Shown here: one piece after another, positions 24,438-34,944 of the stretch
How the letters are laid out: every line of letters starts with the position of its first letter
How positions within the stretch are numbered: position 1 is the stretch's first letter
From: Sulfurovum sp. UBA7648
GTDB lineage: Bacteria > Campylobacterota > Campylobacteria > Campylobacterales > Sulfurovaceae
NCBI GenBank assembly: GCA_002483605.1
Contig: DLIG01000021.1
Location: forward strand, 322,432 to 386,431
Length of the DNA: 64,000 nucleotides
Reading direction: 5' to 3'
Program-made: the position numbers and the translations under genes
The notes under the pieces: model-generated
The model's input: only the letters and a program-made list of their open reading frames with translations
Database searches by the model: none
What the model was told of the DNA's origin: nothing

Positions 24438-24989
24438 TTATTTTACAAAAGCTTTTTTTATTATTTGTTTGGTGTAAGGTCGATCTTCAGGAGATGTTTT
24501 CGCATTCTCGATTTTTTTGACCGCTTCTTTTCCTTTTATAACTTCACCGAAGATGGTGTATCCTCCATTTAAAAATGGAGTGGCAGCAGTGGTGATAAAA
24601 AATTGACTTCCATTCGTATTTGGGCCTGCATTTGCCATAGCGAGCAAAAATGGCTTATCAAATGTCAAGTTGGGAGCATACTCGTTTTTGAAATCTTTTT
24701 TCCAGATCGACTCTCCGCCCATTCCTGTTCCGGTAGGGTCACCACCTTGTATCATAAATCCTTTTATAACCCTGTGAAATATAATACCGTTGTAGTATCC
24801 GTTTTTAGCATGTGTCATAAAATTTTTAACAGCCAAAGGCGCAGCCTTGGTAAAAAGTCTAAGCTCAATATCTCCGGCACTTGTTTGTAACACTACTATC
24901 GGATCTTTTGGCACAGCCGTAACTTCTTTGGCATTTACGCTATTCAAGCCAAAGATAGCCAATAGAGCAGCTATAATTATTTTTTTCAT
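24438..24989 (-). CDS. Periplasmic cyclophilin-type peptidyl-prolyl isomerase
   Basis: Signal peptide MKKIIIAALLAIFG, then FHRVIKGFMIQGGDP and GSQFFIT. The chosen ATG (24987-24989) has a GAGGA RBS and an ATGA overlap with the upstream gene's stop. Confidence 0.9.
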   Translation of the reverse strand: MKKIIIAALLAIFGLNSVNAKEVTAVPKDPIVVLQTSAGDIELRLFTKAAPLAVKNFMTHAKNGYYNGIIFHRVIKGFMIQGGDPTGTGMGGESIWKKDFKNEYAPNLTFDKPFLLAMANAGPNTNGSQFFITTAATPFLNGGYTIFGEVIKGKEAVKKIENAKTSPEDRPYTKQIIKKAFVK

Positions 24990-25279
24990 ACGTCTTCCTC
25001 GCATTTGTCAATTTGTAGTTCGTGCAGTACTTTAGTAAAAAACACACCGCAATTTCTGCAATCTTCTTCGGTGCATTCTATTGAGACTGATTGTATTTTT
25101 GGATCATGCTCCGCAACTCTATCTATGACCATCGGGTTGAGGCCTGTCTCTTTTTTGACTGTTTCTATAGCATGAAAAATTTCTTCCTTTAAAGATTGAT
25201 TGCCGTCAAAAGAGAGGCTAAGTCTTTCGTATTTCTCTTCCATCCTTACATGTGCTTTGATTTTGTTACATTTATCCAT
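24986..25279 (-). CDS. Hypothetical protein (97 aa, acidic, Cys-containing)
   Basis: The ORF is translationally coupled to the downstream ppi gene. I recognise no motif. Confidence 0.4.
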   Translation of the reverse strand: MDKCNKIKAHVRMEEKYERLSLSFDGNQSLKEEIFHAIETVKKETGLNPMVIDRVAEHDPKIQSVSIECTEEDCRNCGVFFTKVLHELQIDKCEEDV

Positions 25280-25354
25280 TTTCGTGCCTTTGATCTATGT
25301 TTGCCTTTATTTCAGAAAAATATTGTATCTAATTTAGTATTTATTTTTTGTATA

Positions 25355-26881
25355 TTATTTTGCATACTCGATAGCTCTTGTTTCTCTTATAACATTTACT
25401 TTTATTTCAGCCGGATATTGCATTTTGCTTTCAATTTCTTTTGCGATCTCTTTGCTTAAAAGTACGGCTTGGTTATCATTTAACTTGTTGGCATTGACCA
25501 TGACCCTGATCTCTCTGCCGGCGTTTATCGCATATGCTTGTTCGACATACTCTTTTGATAGTGCTATCTCTTCAAGTTCCTTGACGCGTTTTGTGAAACT
25601 TTCAAGCACTTCTCTTCTAGCCCCGGGCCTGCCTGCGCTAAGAGCATCAGCTGCGCATACTGCAGCGCTTTCAACGCTAAGAGGCTCTTCATGGCCGTGG
25701 TGAGCATAGATAGCATTGATAACAATTGGGTGTTCGTTGTATCTTTTGCAAAGCTCAGCGCCTAGCTCCACATGAGATCCGCCAAATTCTTGCGTAAGAG
25801 CTTTTCCTATATCGTGCAGCAATCCAGCCCTCATGGCAAGTTTTTCATCCCCGCCCATCTCTGCTGCCATTATACTTGCAAGTCTTGCGACTTCTAGTGT
25901 ATGGCCCAAGGCATTTTGCCCATAGCTGGCTCTGTATTTGAGTTTCCCTATAAGTTTGATCAGCTCTTCATGCATAGGGAAAAGCCCCATGTCTATCAAA
26001 ATATTTTTACCTTCTTCGTAGATTTTGTGTTCAAACTCTTTATTTACTTTTTCATGTATCTCTTCTATGCGAGCAGGATGGATTCTGCCATCTTCGACCA
26101 GCAACTCTATAACCCTTGTTGCAATAGCTCTTCTGTAAAGATTAAACCCGCTTATTATGATCACTCCTGGAGTTTCATCTATGATGATATCCACACCCAA
26201 AAGGGTTTCTAAAGTTTTGATATTGCGTCCCTCTTTGCCTATGATCCTGCCTTTGTGTTCATCTGTTGGAAGAGTGACGAGATTTATAAGCCTTTCGCCT
26301 GCAAATTCTCCTGCATAACGGGTGGTGGCTTGAGCAAGTATGTAATTTGCTTTTCTCTCGCCTTCTTCTTTGGCAAGATGTTCATATTTTCTGACTATGG
26401 CCGCTATTTCATTTCGGCTCTTTTTTTCGACCTCTTGCAGTATATAATCTTGGGCCTGCTGGGTGGTCATAGAAGCGATCTGCTCCATTTTTTTCAGATT
26501 GACATCTATGATATTTTCTTTTTCTTGCTCGAGTTGTTCTAATTTTCTCTCTTTTTGGTTTAGATTCCTAGAGAATTTATATAACTTTTCTTCGATCTGT
26601 TCTAGTTTCTGTCTCTCTGCAAAAAGACTCTTTTCTTGCTCTTCAATGCTTGACATTTTGATCTTTAATGTTTTTTGCAGTTCTAATTCTTCTTTTTTGA
26701 TAGCCACCTTTGCTTCTTGGAGTAAAAGAGCAGATTCGCTCTCTATGACTTTTGCTTTAGCTCTAGTTTCTGCTTCAAGATATGCAAATCTTTTTGATGC
26801 TGTTTTTGATAGCCATATATATGTCATTATAACGCCGGCAAAAATTCCCATCGTTAATGTGAGTATAATGATCGGTAACAT
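25355..26881 (-). CDS. rny: Ribonuclease Y
   Basis: N-terminal TM helix, coiled coil, KH domain (GRIIGKEGRNIKTLE) and HD domain (LLHDIGK). Confidence 0.93.
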   Translation of the reverse strand: MLPIIILTLTMGIFAGVIMTYIWLSKTASKRFAYLEAETRAKAKVIESESALLLQEAKVAIKKEELELQKTLKIKMSSIEEQEKSLFAERQKLEQIEEKLYKFSRNLNQKERKLEQLEQEKENIIDVNLKKMEQIASMTTQQAQDYILQEVEKKSRNEIAAIVRKYEHLAKEEGERKANYILAQATTRYAGEFAGERLINLVTLPTDEHKGRIIGKEGRNIKTLETLLGVDIIIDETPGVIIISGFNLYRRAIATRVIELLVEDGRIHPARIEEIHEKVNKEFEHKIYEEGKNILIDMGLFPMHEELIKLIGKLKYRASYGQNALGHTLEVARLASIMAAEMGGDEKLAMRAGLLHDIGKALTQEFGGSHVELGAELCKRYNEHPIVINAIYAHHGHEEPLSVESAAVCAADALSAGRPGARREVLESFTKRVKELEEIALSKEYVEQAYAINAGREIRVMVNANKLNDNQAVLLSKEIAKEIESKMQYPAEIKVNVIRETRAIEYAK

Positions 26882-26945
26882 TTATTTATCCTTGTTGCAG
26901 CATAACATATAAGGCAAGAGTATATATAAAAATGTATATTTAACT

Positions 26946-27497
26946 TTATGTTATTATAAAATCAGCTTTGATATCGTGTTTATCTGTGATACATTCGCTA
27001 TAAACATACAGCTCTCTTGCAACAAATACCGTGATGCCGATATTTTCTTTTTCTTTTTCAAAAAACCTATCATACATTCCTTTGCCAAATCCGACGCGTC
27101 TTGCTGTTATATCGGTTCCGACTATGGGTACAATGGCTAGATCTATATTTTTTTTTCTAAATTGTTTTGAGTATTTTGGTTCAGTTATGCCAAAACGTTT
27201 TTTTATTAATGGCATTCTATATTTTACCAATCTAAAACTTTCACCTTCCATAAACGGCGTATAAATGACTTTTTTTTCCTTTCGGAGTTTTGCAATAAGC
27301 GGTTTTATGTCAACTTCTATCCTTAGAGGAATGTAAAGCATAATGGTTTGTGATTTTGTGCTTTTGATGAACTTATAAAGCTTGGCAATTATATGTTTAT
27401 CTTTAGTTTTATATCTTATATTGGTGCTGGCTTTTTTTAGCTTAGTAAGGCATTGGCACCTAAAATTTTCTTTGGCTGTTCGAGTATTTTTATACAT
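26946..27497 (-). CDS. 5-formyltetrahydrofolate cyclo-ligase
   Basis: LYIPLRIEVD...IVPIVGTDITARRVGFGKGMYDRFF matches the family C-terminal signature. Confidence 0.75.
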   Translation of the reverse strand: MYKNTRTAKENFRCQCLTKLKKASTNIRYKTKDKHIIAKLYKFIKSTKSQTIMLYIPLRIEVDIKPLIAKLRKEKKVIYTPFMEGESFRLVKYRMPLIKKRFGITEPKYSKQFRKKNIDLAIVPIVGTDITARRVGFGKGMYDRFFEKEKENIGITVFVARELYVYSECITDKHDIKADFIIT

Positions 27498-27627
27498 ATA
27501 ATTTCTTTGGTGTTTTTTAAGATATAAGAACTTTATTATAGCACAAATAGTATAATGAAGTTATCTGATAAAAAATATTTTGCTTTTCTCAGAGGGTTTA
27601 ATAACTTAAAAAGGATATAGTTAATTA

Positions 27628-28497
27628 ATGATTAATTTTATAAAAAAAGCACTCGGAAAAACAACAAAAAACATAGAAGAGATAGTGCCTGACAAAAAAA
27701 AGAACATTTCCAAAGATGCTTTTGAAGATATATTATTAGAATCGGATGTTAATTATGAATTGGTTGAACATATTCTAAAAGATTTGCCGTCTACTATCAA
27801 TAGAATGCAAGCATACAATTCATTGATCTCGGTTTTTCAGTATAAAGCAGATTTTAAAAATTATGATATAAAACCTTTTGTAGAGATGATAATAGGAGTA
27901 AACGGAGCCGGAAAAACGACAACCATTTCCAAGCTTGCTTATCGTTATCTCTCTCAAGGCAAAAGTGTTATTCTAGGAGCAGGAGATACGTTTAGGGCTG
28001 CTGCTATAGAACAGCTGAGTCTTTGGGCAAAAAGACTCTCCATACCTATTGTGGCAACAAGCCAAGGACATGATCCATCGGCTGTGGTTTATGATACCAT
28101 CTCTTCAGCGATTTCAAAAAATATAGATCATGTTATTATTGATACGGCCGGGAGGCTTCACACCCAAACCAATTTGGCCGGAGAATTGCAAAAAATGGTT
28201 CGCGTCGCAGACAAAGCGCTTGCAGGCGCCCCGCACCGTAAATTGCTTGTTTTGGACGGCACACAAGGGAGTTCATCAATAAACCAAGCTAAGGCATTCA
28301 ATGAGATGGTCGGGGTTGACGGAATAATTATCACAAAACTTGACGGTACGGCAAAAGGCGGTTCGGTCTTAAGTATTGCCAAAGAGATGCAAATGCCGAT
28401 TTTTTATATAGGAGTGGGCGAGAAACCGGAAGATCTTATAGAGTTCAAAGCAAATGAATATGTAAATACTATATTAGATCAAATATTTATTTCATAG
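27628..28497 (+). CDS. ftsY: Signal recognition particle receptor FtsY (short form)
   Basis: GVNGAGKTTTISKLA, DTAGRLH and TKLDGTAKGG, which are the SRP GTPase G1-G4 motifs. Confidence 0.93.
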   Translation: MINFIKKALGKTTKNIEEIVPDKKKNISKDAFEDILLESDVNYELVEHILKDLPSTINRMQAYNSLISVFQYKADFKNYDIKPFVEMIIGVNGAGKTTTISKLAYRYLSQGKSVILGAGDTFRAAAIEQLSLWAKRLSIPIVATSQGHDPSAVVYDTISSAISKNIDHVIIDTAGRLHTQTNLAGELQKMVRVADKALAGAPHRKLLVLDGTQGSSSINQAKAFNEMVGVDGIIITKLDGTAKGGSVLSIAKEMQMPIFYIGVGEKPEDLIEFKANEYVNTILDQIFIS

Positions 28498-28587
28498 TTA
28501 TTTTTTGAAATATTCTTTTGTAACTTTAAGAAAATAGTGTATAATAAAACAATTAAGAAAAATATAAAATAGCATAAGGAATAGAAA

Positions 28588-29733
28588 ATGGAGTCAGCAA
28601 ATAATATTTCATTCTACAAGCCGTTTATAAAAGAAAATACCAACTCAAATATTCAAGAAGTTTTGAATTTCGATGATACTTCATCTAAAACAGAAGAACT
28701 TGAAAGGGTGTTTGCCCAGACATTTGAAACGGGTTATGCGCTGGCTACAATGAGCGGTACCGCGGCATTGCACTTGGCTATGTGCGCGTTGGATCTAAAA
28801 AGAGGCGATAAGGTGCTTTGCAGTATCAATGCTTTTGTGGATGTTCCTGAAGTTATAAGACATTTTGATGCAGAGCCGATCTTTGTAGATTGTGACAGCA
28901 ATAATTATATGATAGATCTAGACAAACTTGAGATAGCACTCAGAAAGAATGAAAATAAAAAACTCAGAGCCGTACTGGTAAATCATATGGGCGGTGCAGC
29001 ACCGGATTTGGATAGATTGTATAAAATGGCAAAAGAGTATGATGTAAAAGTAATAGAGGATGCTACAGATGCTATGGGAACCAAATATAATGGCAAGTAT
29101 TTAGGATCAACCGGCGCTGATATTACTGTTTTTTCATTTGCGCCTCATATGTACAAAGACATTATATCCGGCGGTATATTTACAACCAAAGATGATGAAC
29201 TTTATGAGAGGGCAAAATTGCTTAGAACACACGGTATGACGCATCAGTCAGGCGAACATGCATCAGAAGTCAATTATCTATATGATGTAATTGATATAGG
29301 CTGGCGTTACGCAATGAATGAAATAGTGAGTGTTATTTGTTTGGATAGATTCACGTCTTTGCAAGAGCAAATAGAGCGTCGAAAACAGATAGCTCAGATG
29401 TATGTATCCAGACTTGAAAATACAAAACACATCACTATTAAAACAGACATATCACAAGAAAATATATTGCATTTTTTTATTGAGATAGACAAAAACAGAG
29501 ATCATTTTGCAAGAGAGCTTAAGCTTGAAGGTATTGATGTAGGACTGCATTATATGCCTTTGCATTTGACGGAATATTATAGAAAAAAATATTCTCTCAG
29601 AGTTTTTGATTTTCCAGTAGCGCTTGGGGTATATCAAAGAACACTTTCATTACCTTTGTATGCCGGCATGAGCGATAATGAAGTACAAATAGTTATAGAA
29701 GCAGTCGAAAAAATAGCAAATTCTTACATGTAG
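28588..29733 (+). CDS. DegT/DnrJ/EryC1/StrS family PLP-dependent aminotransferase
   Basis: 381 aa. SGTAALHLA, VIEDATDAMG and SFAPHMYKD blocks fit this sugar aminotransferase family. Confidence 0.72.
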   Translation: MESANNISFYKPFIKENTNSNIQEVLNFDDTSSKTEELERVFAQTFETGYALATMSGTAALHLAMCALDLKRGDKVLCSINAFVDVPEVIRHFDAEPIFVDCDSNNYMIDLDKLEIALRKNENKKLRAVLVNHMGGAAPDLDRLYKMAKEYDVKVIEDATDAMGTKYNGKYLGSTGADITVFSFAPHMYKDIISGGIFTTKDDELYERAKLLRTHGMTHQSGEHASEVNYLYDVIDIGWRYAMNEIVSVICLDRFTSLQEQIERRKQIAQMYVSRLENTKHITIKTDISQENILHFFIEIDKNRDHFARELKLEGIDVGLHYMPLHLTEYYRKKYSLRVFDFPVALGVYQRTLSLPLYAGMSDNEVQIVIEAVEKIANSYM

Positions 29734-29737
29734 TATT

Positions 29738-30649
29738 ATGACCAAGTTTTTTGAAACAATTTGGTTTAAAACAAAATGGTATCATTGGCTTATTATTGCC
29801 ATTTTATTGCCTTTTGGATTTGTATGGGGAGTTCTAATGTCGCTTCGTCGTGCATTTGCGGTGCAAAAAGATTATGGCTTGCCGGTAGTCAGTATAGGCA
29901 ATCTGATAGTCGGCGGCACAGGGAAAACACCATTTATCATTGAGCTTGCTTCCTATTTTAACGGCGTTTTTGTAATTTCTAGAGGATATGGCAGAAAAAG
30001 CAAAGGGCTTATAGAGGTTAGCCATAATGGCAAAATACAAGCAAGCGTAGAAGAGAGCGGAGATGAAGCCATGCTTATAGCTAAATCTTTGCCAAAGGCT
30101 AGTGTAATAGTCAGTGAAGATCGCAAGGCAGGAATTGCTTATGCCAAAGACAGGGGTGCAAAGGTGATTTTCCTTGATGACGGTTTTAATCAAGTTGAGA
30201 TCAAAAAATTCGATATCATACTAGAACCGCCGCATATTGCCAATTATCTCCCATTTCCTGCCGGCCCTTTCAGGGAGTGGTGGTTTTATACAAAAAAAGC
30301 CGACTTGGCAGTAAGGGAAGATATAGATTTTCATAGATATGTTGCATATGAAAATTTGAAACCAAATATGATCTTGGTTACAGCCATCGCAAATCCGACA
30401 CGTCTTGATAAGTTTTTGCCGCAAGGTGTTATAGGTAAATATTATTTTGACGATCACGCTTATTTTGATGAAGAGAAACTAGGACTGTTGTTGAATAAAA
30501 ATAATGCTGATAGTTTGCTCGTTACTGAAAAAGATGCAGTCAAGCTGGTTAATTTTAAGTTGCCTATCTCTAAAATCAAGTTAAAATTAGAATTACAAAA
30601 AAGTATTATAGCAAAAGCGAACAGTTATATCAAAGGATACAAAGCATGA
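29738..30649 (+). CDS. lpxK: Tetraacyldisaccharide 4'-kinase
   Basis: VVSIGNLIVGGTGKTP P-loop and SRGYGRKSKG. Confidence 0.88.
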   Translation: MTKFFETIWFKTKWYHWLIIAILLPFGFVWGVLMSLRRAFAVQKDYGLPVVSIGNLIVGGTGKTPFIIELASYFNGVFVISRGYGRKSKGLIEVSHNGKIQASVEESGDEAMLIAKSLPKASVIVSEDRKAGIAYAKDRGAKVIFLDDGFNQVEIKKFDIILEPPHIANYLPFPAGPFREWWFYTKKADLAVREDIDFHRYVAYENLKPNMILVTAIANPTRLDKFLPQGVIGKYYFDDHAYFDEEKLGLLLNKNNADSLLVTEKDAVKLVNFKLPISKIKLKLELQKSIIAKANSYIKGYKA

Positions 30650-31497
30650 AAAATAATATCGAAGTAGTTAAAACTCTTCTAGATGCATTGCCGTATATAA
30701 AAAAATTTAAAGATAAAAAAATTGTAATTAAATATGGCGGTGCTGCACAAACAAGCGATGAGCTTAAGATGCAGTTTGCTCAAGATATAGTATTGCTTCA
30801 CTATGTGGGTTTAAAGCCTATAATAGTTCATGGCGGAGGCAAGACTATTACGGATTTATTGTCGCGTTTGGGTATCGGCACGGAGTTCGTTGACGGACAA
30901 AGAGTTACTACCAAAGAGGTAATGCGCGTAGTTGAAATGGTGCTAAGCGGAGAGATAAATAAAGAAATAGTTGCACTTCTCAATACTCAAGGGGCAAAAG
31001 CAGTGGGAATATCCGGCAAAGACGGACATTTTTTAGAAGCGGTACCTAAAGATTTTGAACGATTCGGATATACCGGGATCATAGATCATATCAATCCGTC
31101 ATTGGTTGATGATATTTTGGACGATGGACTTATTCCTGTCATTGCTCCAATAGCAGGAAGTAATGCAGTTGGCCATCCCGGATTTAATATAAATGCAGAT
31201 CTGGCAGCCAGCAAGATAGCTGTCGCACTTCAGGCTGATAAAGTACTTTTTTTGACAGACACTGCCGGAGTATTGGATAAAGAGGGTAATTTGTTGACAA
31301 ATCTAAGTGTGGAAAAAACAAATCAGCTAAAACATGACGGAACAATTTATGGCGGAATGGTGCCAAAAGTGGATGCTTGTATAGAAGCGCTAAGAGGCGG
31401 GGTGAGCAGAGCCCATATCATTGACGGCAGAGTAGAGCATTCATTGCTCTTGGAGATCTTGACAAGCAGCGGTGTGGGTACCTTTATAGAATTGTAG
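30646..31497 (+). CDS. argB: Acetylglutamate kinase
   Basis: VIKYGGAA, IVHGGG, GQRVT and NINAD motifs. Start overlaps the lpxK stop in an ATGA. Confidence 0.92.
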   Translation: MKNNIEVVKTLLDALPYIKKFKDKKIVIKYGGAAQTSDELKMQFAQDIVLLHYVGLKPIIVHGGGKTITDLLSRLGIGTEFVDGQRVTTKEVMRVVEMVLSGEINKEIVALLNTQGAKAVGISGKDGHFLEAVPKDFERFGYTGIIDHINPSLVDDILDDGLIPVIAPIAGSNAVGHPGFNINADLAASKIAVALQADKVLFLTDTAGVLDKEGNLLTNLSVEKTNQLKHDGTIYGGMVPKVDACIEALRGGVSRAHIIDGRVEHSLLLEILTSSGVGTFIEL

Positions 31498-31556
31498 CCG
31501 GCATTATCTGGTTAACCATCAAATTTGAAGCCAAGCTTTAATTTGGCTTTCGGCAG

Positions 31557-31582
31557 GCGGCTTTCGCAGCTAGCCGCTCTTT
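31557..31582 (+). terminator. Candidate terminator downstream of argB
   Basis: GCGGCT-N9-AGCCGC stem followed by TCTTTG. A second hairpin, AAGCCAA-N8-TTGGCTT, lies at 31528-31549. Confidence 0.35.
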
Positions 31583-31649
31583 GAGACTCTATATATCAAG
31601 AGGTCTTAGTTGTAAGAAATAGTAAAAAAGCTATCCAAGGAGAGAAACC

Positions 31650-32408
31650 ATGAAAGACAAAGATTACAAAGAAGAGCTTTACAATTTACAAGTCGAGCTG
31701 GTTAAATTCCAAAGACATGTAATTAAAAAAAATCTAAAAGTATGCTTGGTATTTGAGGGCAGGGATGCATCGGGCAAAGATGGAACAATAAAGAGATTTA
31801 TGGAGCATTTGAGTCCCAGGGAAGCTAGGGTGGTTGCTCTAGATAAGCCTAGTGATAAAGAAACAAAATCATGGTATTTTCAAAGATATGTGCCGCATTT
31901 GCCAAGCGGCGGACAAATAGTATTTTTCAACAGAAGCTGGTACAATAGAGCAGGTGTCGAAAAAGTCATGGGTTTTTGTACCAAAAAAGAATATTCTCTT
32001 TTTATGGAAGAGGTTGGGAGTTTTGAGCATCTATTGACACATTCTGGTATTATAATGTTGAAATATTATTTGGACATCAGTAAAGATGAGCAACAAGAAA
32101 GACTTGAAAGCAGAAAAAATGATCCATTAAAGCAGTGGAAAATAAGCCCGATCGATGAGCAAGCTCAAAAATATTGGGATGATTATTCAGATGCTAGAGA
32201 TGAGATGCTTGAAAAGACCTCTTTTGAATTTAATCCTTGGTGTGTAGTTCATACTGATAATAAAAAAACAGCTAGAATAAATGTGATGAAACATTTTTTA
32301 TCCAAAATGGATTATCCTGATAAAAATGAAGAATATTTGGAGTTTGATCATAATGTTATTTGTCAGTATAAGCCTGAGTGCTATATAAAAGGATTGATAG
32401 CAAAATAA
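31650..32408 (+). CDS. ppk2: Polyphosphate kinase 2 (single-domain)
   Basis: FEGRDASGKDGTIKR Walker A-like motif and FNRSWYNRAGVE. Confidence 0.88.
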   Translation: MKDKDYKEELYNLQVELVKFQRHVIKKNLKVCLVFEGRDASGKDGTIKRFMEHLSPREARVVALDKPSDKETKSWYFQRYVPHLPSGGQIVFFNRSWYNRAGVEKVMGFCTKKEYSLFMEEVGSFEHLLTHSGIIMLKYYLDISKDEQQERLESRKNDPLKQWKISPIDEQAQKYWDDYSDARDEMLEKTSFEFNPWCVVHTDNKKTARINVMKHFLSKMDYPDKNEEYLEFDHNVICQYKPECYIKGLIAK

Positions 32409-32493
32409 TAATTGAATTTAGTATTTATCAAATAAAATCTGCTTATAGCAATGTTCATCGATTTGCTAAAGAGAATAAAATCTTATTTTAAGA

Positions 32494-32502
32494 TGGTATA
32501 AT
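32494..32502 (+). promoter_or_regulatory. Extended -10 (TGgTATAAT) upstream of thrC
   Basis: Exact TGnTATAAT 58 nt upstream of the ATG, preceded by a T/A-rich region as is usual in Campylobacterota. Confidence 0.4.
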
Positions 32503-32559
32503 TATTTGATAATATTATTGGTAAAAACCAAGAAGAGCAGTAAATAAGGAATTTAAAAT

Positions 32560-34026
32560 ATGAGATTTATAGAGACTCGCGGCAATGACGGGATCAAAGC
32601 AAAATATGTAACATTTTCGGAAGCTATCTTGTCGCCAAGTGCTAGTTTCGGCGGACTATATGTACCCGAGCAGCTACCAAAATTAGACGATGAATTTATA
32701 ACTAAACATCTCAATAGCTCTTATAAAACATTGGCGTTTGATTTTTTAAATAAATGCGAAATAGATATAGATAACGATACTCTGCAAGAAGCACTGGCAC
32801 GTTATGATGCGTTTGATGATGCTTCTAATCCCGTACCTATGGTGCAGATAGAAGATGATTGTTTTGTGAGCGAACTATACCATGGACCGACTCGTGCTTT
32901 TAAAGATATGGCATTGCAGCCGTTTGGATATATTCTGAGCTCTTTGGCAAAAAAAAGAGATGAACATTATCTTATTATGGCAGCTACAAGCGGTGACACC
33001 GGACCTGCAACTCTTGAGACTTTTAAAGATCAATCAAATGTCAAAGTAGCTTGTCTTTATCCGGATGGCGGCACAAGTGATGTGCAAAGATTGCAAATGG
33101 TAACAGAGGATGCTTCAAATTTATTTGTATTTGGAGTAAAGGGCGATTTTGATGATACTCAAAATGCACTCAAATCACTTTTGGCATCAGAGGATTTTAA
33201 CAAAACTCTTCAAGCAAAAAACATCAAATTATCAGCTGCCAATTCAGTTAATTTTGGACGTATAATATTTCAGATAATCTATCATATTCATAGTTACATA
33301 GTTTTACTTAAAGGCAACAAGATCGCCATGGGAGATAAGATATATCTTGTTGTACCAAGCGGTAATTTCGGAAATGCACTTGGAGCTTATTATGCTAAAA
33401 AAATGGGACTTCCTATAAAAAAGATACTTATCTCCTCAAATCGAAATAATATTTTGACAGATTGGATAACCAATGGTGCTTATGATCTAACAACAAGACA
33501 TTTGGTGCATACTATATCTCCGGCTATGGATATACTCAAAAGCTCGAATGTCGAGAGAATCTTGTTTGATAAATTTGGGGCTCTTAGGACAAAAGAGTTG
33601 ATGGATAGCCTTGCATCAAGCGGTAAATATGAGTTGACATCTGAGGAATTGGAAGTTTTAAGAGAAGATTTTGATGCATCGTTTTCTACGGATGAAGAGT
33701 GCGAAAAAGTGATCGGTGAATATGCCAAAAAAGATTATATTATGGATCCGCATACGGCAACTTGCATAAGAGCTTACAAAACTTTAAGAGAACAAAAACT
33801 CCCAACTGTTGTATATTCTACTGCCGAGTGGACCAAATTTAGCCCGACGGTTTCTAAAGCCTTGGGACACGAAGTCAAAAACGACATAGATGCTCTTGAT
33901 TGGATAACAGATCACGTTCATTTAAAAGTTCCAAAAATGATAAAAGAATTATTTAGCAAGCCATTAATTCATGAAAAAGTTATAAATAAAGATACTATAA
34001 GGGAGAATATTTTTAGTATTTTATAA
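32560..34026 (+). CDS. thrC: Threonine synthase (long form)
   Basis: YHGPTRAFKDMALQ (PLP lysine) and SGNFGNA motifs. 488 aa. Confidence 0.88.
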   Translation: MRFIETRGNDGIKAKYVTFSEAILSPSASFGGLYVPEQLPKLDDEFITKHLNSSYKTLAFDFLNKCEIDIDNDTLQEALARYDAFDDASNPVPMVQIEDDCFVSELYHGPTRAFKDMALQPFGYILSSLAKKRDEHYLIMAATSGDTGPATLETFKDQSNVKVACLYPDGGTSDVQRLQMVTEDASNLFVFGVKGDFDDTQNALKSLLASEDFNKTLQAKNIKLSAANSVNFGRIIFQIIYHIHSYIVLLKGNKIAMGDKIYLVVPSGNFGNALGAYYAKKMGLPIKKILISSNRNNILTDWITNGAYDLTTRHLVHTISPAMDILKSSNVERILFDKFGALRTKELMDSLASSGKYELTSEELEVLREDFDASFSTDEECEKVIGEYAKKDYIMDPHTATCIRAYKTLREQKLPTVVYSTAEWTKFSPTVSKALGHEVKNDIDALDWITDHVHLKVPKMIKELFSKPLIHEKVINKDTIRENIFSIL

Positions 34027-34052
34027 CATTTAACGCCCAAAAGGGGGAAGTC

Positions 34053-34943
34053 ATGAAAAAGATTATATTTTTTATGATACTGGGTTTTACGGCAATAATT
34101 TTTGCTCAGGAATCAACGAGGTCAGCTGATGATGCTTTAGAATGTGTAAGATTAAATTTTAAAGCACCAAAATGCAAAGATTTTACAACCAAAGAGAGAA
34201 ATTTGGCAGTAGAATGCGTAAGATCAAACTTTACAGCCCCCATATGCAAACAATACAATCAAACAATCCTTGATCCAAATTCCATAGAACCCTCTTTGGA
34301 TGATAACATTGCACCTATTCAAAAAACACCTTCGATAGAGCCTATAGACCAACCAGACCAGAAAGTAAATATGCAAAACAGCAGTGCAAATTTTACCTCA
34401 AATTTTCAAAGTACTTATACTTCCGAGAGAGGAGATACTCTAGGTAAAATTGCTATAAAATTCGGTGTTGCACAAGGAGAGATCAAGATATTAAATCCAT
34501 CTATCGATTTTCGTGAATTAAAAACAGGCACAGGGATAGTAATGCCTCTTCCGCAAGATAAGATCAATGCAATAATCAAAGCGAGCAAGGTCACAAAGAA
34601 ACCAGAAGAGTATAAGATAATTGCAGAGCCCAAAGGGCGAAAGCTTAAAGTCATTGCTTCTGCTTATACATCTTGCGTTTCTCAAACAGACAGTACGCCA
34701 TTTATAGCAGCATGGGGGTATCGTCTAACTCCTGGAGAGAAAGTTATAGCGGTATCAAGAGATCTAGTTGGCCAATATGGCTTAACCAATGGCTTAAAAG
34801 TAAGAATTAGCGGATTGGATGGGTATTACACAGTTCGAGACAAGATGAACCAAAGATATACGAAACATATAGATATTTATATGGGTTTGGACAAGCGAAA
34901 GGCTCTTCGTTGGGGCAGAAGAAGCGTAACGATATATTGGTGA
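34053..34943 (+). CDS. Secreted LysM domain / 3D domain protein
   Basis: Signal peptide, LysM-like ERGDTLGKIAIKFGV..ILNP, and a C-terminal 3D-like block ASAYTS..QTDSTPF...IDIYM. Confidence 0.6.
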   Translation: MKKIIFFMILGFTAIIFAQESTRSADDALECVRLNFKAPKCKDFTTKERNLAVECVRSNFTAPICKQYNQTILDPNSIEPSLDDNIAPIQKTPSIEPIDQPDQKVNMQNSSANFTSNFQSTYTSERGDTLGKIAIKFGVAQGEIKILNPSIDFRELKTGTGIVMPLPQDKINAIIKASKVTKKPEEYKIIAEPKGRKLKVIASAYTSCVSQTDSTPFIAAWGYRLTPGEKVIAVSRDLVGQYGLTNGLKVRISGLDGYYTVRDKMNQRYTKHIDIYMGLDKRKALRWGRRSVTIYW

Positions 34944-34944
34944 T

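Noticed and set aside
26463-26912. 149-aa plus-strand ORF inside rny (plus 25425-25703, 25901-26212, 26255-26542)
   Set aside because: All are antisense to RNase Y, whose KH and HD domains are unambiguous. The Ser/Phe/Leu-rich translations lack motifs.
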